A stretch of DNA of 64,000 nucleotides, from NCBI GenBank assembly GCA_034530615.2, contig JAVRCV020000056.1, positions 13,034 through 77,033 on the forward strand. The letters are read 5' to 3'. Positions within the stretch are counted from its first letter, which is position 1. Each line of letters starts with the position of its first letter. Both the position numbers and the translations under genes were made by a program. Positions 61,874 to 64,000 of the stretch are shown piece by piece. The notes under the pieces were generated by a model. The model was not told the DNA's origin, did no database searches, and saw nothing but the letters and a program-made list of their open reading frames with translations. Source of the DNA: Aulosira sp. ZfuVER01 (lineage in GTDB: Bacteria; Cyanobacteriota; Cyanobacteriia; Cyanobacteriales; Nostocaceae).

Positions 61874-63097
61874 TTAATAAACAGATGTCAACAGCTTATC
61901 GATCGCAGTCCGAAACGCCATTGCTGCACCAGCACTCATATCACGAGGAGCGCAGATGCGATTTCTCAAATATGCGAAAGCGATCGCCCCCACAGCAGCG
62001 AAGATAGGATCGACAGTGCTATTTTTACCACCAGTCCGTCCACCTGGCAAAGTTTCGCCATTGCTATTAAGTAAATAATCAGCCAATTGTCGCAGGTGAA
62101 AGTCAACAGCTTCCTTAACTATGGAAAAGTCCCCATCTGCTGCTAAAGCTTGGACTCCAGAGTTTTTGATAATATCTGCGATCGCAACTTCCCGATTATC
62201 ACTCAATCTCTCAGCTGCCTCTGCCTTATATTCAATCTTCTCACTATCTGCTACATCTAAAGCTAAAGGATTGGCGATCGGTTCCACACCCCATCTGCGA
62301 CGCAATAGTAAATTGTTGGTAATATTATCCGACTTCACCCTGTGATAAGCAGGACGCTGATTCAATGCTTCAAACCAAGCATTGATCCGAGGATAGCGAG
62401 GATTTCCTTTGAGGTGATATCCGCGATACACAGGTAAATTGGCCGCCAATCTATCCAGATGGGGGCTATACATAATATCTACTAAGCTAAACGTACTAAC
62501 AAAGTAGGGGCCGGGGTATTTAACCAAAGCTTGCTCAAGTTCATCTAACTTCGCCTCAAATGCTGCTTGTAAGTTTGCTAACTCATCAGCATCTACAGGT
62601 GCTTCTCTGACGAATTTGTAGGCAATTTCTCGAAAACCGTTAGTTTCAGCATCCTCAACCAACTGCCTAGCAACAGCGTTTTCCTCTGGATTTTCCGGCA
62701 ATAATGCAGGATGAGGAAACCTTTCTTCTAAAGCTAAGAGAATATCTTTGGATTCATATACTAACTTCCCCTCAATCTTTGCACCTGGGACAAGGGTTGT
62801 AGGAACTAGGTCAGTGTACCATTTGGGTTTATTACTTAAATCAATAAACTCCGTTGCAAAGGGAATTTCCTTTTCTTCCAGAGCAAACCAAACCCTCTCA
62901 CAGAAAGGACACCAAGAATTAGTATCTCGATAAAGCAGGACTGGTGGTTCTGTATTTGGGGGAAGTTTGTGTAAACTGCTGGGAATTGGTGCAGTAGAAG
63001 GAGATTGTCCCGGCCTCTTTACCCTACGCGCAGGAGTATTTTTTCTAGCAGTTTCTAAAAGTTCTTCCCAACTCGATACTGTGTTTTGAATAGACAT
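61874..63097 (-). CDS. Glutathione S-transferase family protein with C-terminal extension
   Basis: WCPFCERV, LVP, YESKDI, PRDMS. Confidence 0.88.
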   Translation of the reverse strand: MSIQNTVSSWEELLETARKNTPARRVKRPGQSPSTAPIPSSLHKLPPNTEPPVLLYRDTNSWCPFCERVWFALEEKEIPFATEFIDLSNKPKWYTDLVPTTLVPGAKIEGKLVYESKDILLALEERFPHPALLPENPEENAVARQLVEDAETNGFREIAYKFVREAPVDADELANLQAAFEAKLDELEQALVKYPGPYFVSTFSLVDIMYSPHLDRLAANLPVYRGYHLKGNPRYPRINAWFEALNQRPAYHRVKSDNITNNLLLRRRWGVEPIANPLALDVADSEKIEYKAEAAERLSDNREVAIADIIKNSGVQALAADGDFSIVKEAVDFHLRQLADYLLNSNGETLPGGRTGGKNSTVDPIFAAVGAIAFAYLRNRICAPRDMSAGAAMAFRTAIDKLLTSVY

Positions 63098-63100
63098 TTT

Positions 63101-63811
63101 TTACCTCGCTTTATTAGGAATGCCAGAAAACACAAATAACTGTTGCTCTTTGGGTTGAGGTAAATTTTCACCAAGGTATCGATGAAGACCTACTCTCCTT
63201 CGGATTCGCAGTCGCCTGCGGAGGGAAACCCTCCCGCAGCGCTGTCTCACCATATCTCCTGTAGCTGTGAGTTTGAAGTTAACTTCCTCAAATCCAGATG
63301 CACTCAAAATTTTCCGCACATTATCAGAGTAGGGAATACCGTTAGAGTGTCCGCGAGTCCAGATAACAAAAGCGCCTGGTTTAGTTAGAAAACTCAGGTT
63401 ATCTAGTAAGCAATTGAGTTCTCCTTCATCAGCCAGATTGCCCAACACACCACACACAATCGCAATATCTGCTGGTACTGCACCTACATAGTTAGTAGAA
63501 AGAGTTGCATCACCATTAATAAACTCAATTTGCTTGGCTAAACCCAAAGATTCTATAGTTGCTCGTCCACGTTCAACTAAATTTGAATTTATTTCCACAA
63601 GCCTTGCAGAAACATCTTTTGCACGTGGGTGATTTTTTAAAGTTCCTAGTAAATCTCGTCCATCGCCCGCGCAAACACTCACTATCCGAATAGCTCCATC
63701 TGGGGACGCATTCAAGCTATAAGCAATATATTCCCGCACGATTTCTAGACGCTGCTGCAATTTTGGCTCAGTGTTGTAGAGGTCGTGCCATTCATACCAA
63801 TCTTTTGGCAT
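63101..63811 (-). CDS. SAM-dependent methyltransferase-like protein carrying an in-frame repeat insertion
   Basis: DWYEWHDLY, SVCAGDGRD, GDA, CGVLGN, VIWTR. Confidence 0.82.
   Translation of the reverse strand: MPKDWYEWHDLYNTEPKLQQRLEIVREYIAYSLNASPDGAIRIVSVCAGDGRDLLGTLKNHPRAKDVSARLVEINSNLVERGRATIESLGLAKQIEFINGDATLSTNYVGAVPADIAIVCGVLGNLADEGELNCLLDNLSFLTKPGAFVIWTRGHSNGIPYSDNVRKILSASGFEEVNFKLTATGDMVRQRCGRVSLRRRLRIRRRVGLHRYLGENLPQPKEQQLFVFSGIPNKAR
63196..63249. repeat. 54-bp GC-rich palindromic repeat inserted in a CDS
   Basis: CTGCGGAGGGAAACCCTCCCGCAG hairpin; encodes an Arg-rich insert. Confidence 0.7.
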
Positions 63812-64000
63812 AAGGGGTAATTCCCGTTTGATGCACACTGTTTAGCTAAAACTACGGTTATTTTATCAAGTAACAGTAGTTTAAAGATGAAGGCAGATTA
63901 TCACAGATATTCATATAAAATCAAGTCCGATTCTGTGCGATCACCTTTAATATCATGTTCGTATAATCACTTATGATAAAAGTAGGTAGTAAAATTATAA

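Larger units (their letters stand above)
38542..63878. promoter_or_regulatory. Dispersed 26-bp palindromic operator TACNRTAA-N10-TTAYNGTA (12 sites)
   Basis: Sites start at 38542, 41248, 45615, 45706, 47897, 49497, 51858, 51951, 54480, 56363, 60703 and 63853; all intergenic and upstream of genes. Confidence 0.78.
29554..64000. mobile_element. Putative nifE-interrupting (heterocyst excision) element, left part; right end outside window
   Basis: nifE broken about 60 bp before a serine recombinase; no nifE 3' part or nifN seen in the rest of the window; extent inferred. Confidence 0.6.

Noticed and set aside
1..64000. High GCGATCGC density as a novel repeat
   Set aside because: This is the well-known cyanobacterial HIP1

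Overview
AT-rich, HIP1 (GCGATCGC)-rich DNA of a heterocyst-forming cyanobacterium (Nostocales-like). At the centre is a 1.4-kb nif island: the 3' end of nifK (not in the ORF track), a Mo-nitrogenase C-terminal-domain gene and the 5' part of nifE. Two divergently oriented XisF-like large serine recombinases bracket it. Both nifK and nifE are therefore interrupted, and their missing halves are not in the window, implying developmentally rearranged elements of more than 28 kb (left) and more than 34 kb (right). The left arm carries an unusual fatty-acid tailoring cluster (Coq4-like, FAAL, two desaturases, ACP, CFA-type methyltransferase, lipocalin-like, alpha/beta hydrolase, FMO) embedded in an RcaE/F/C-like phosphorelay. 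Five promoters there share a TCTCCCC-N4-TCTCCCC-N10-TAnnnT motif. The right arm carries a modA/porin module with four ACCAA-N5-TTGGT operators. It also carries a large sulfur assimilation/organosulfur region (cysK, Rrf2, cysE, cysA, NIL proteins, ssuDE, ASST, GSTs) marked by 12 copies of a 26-bp palindrome. No rRNA, tRNA or CRISPR array was seen.
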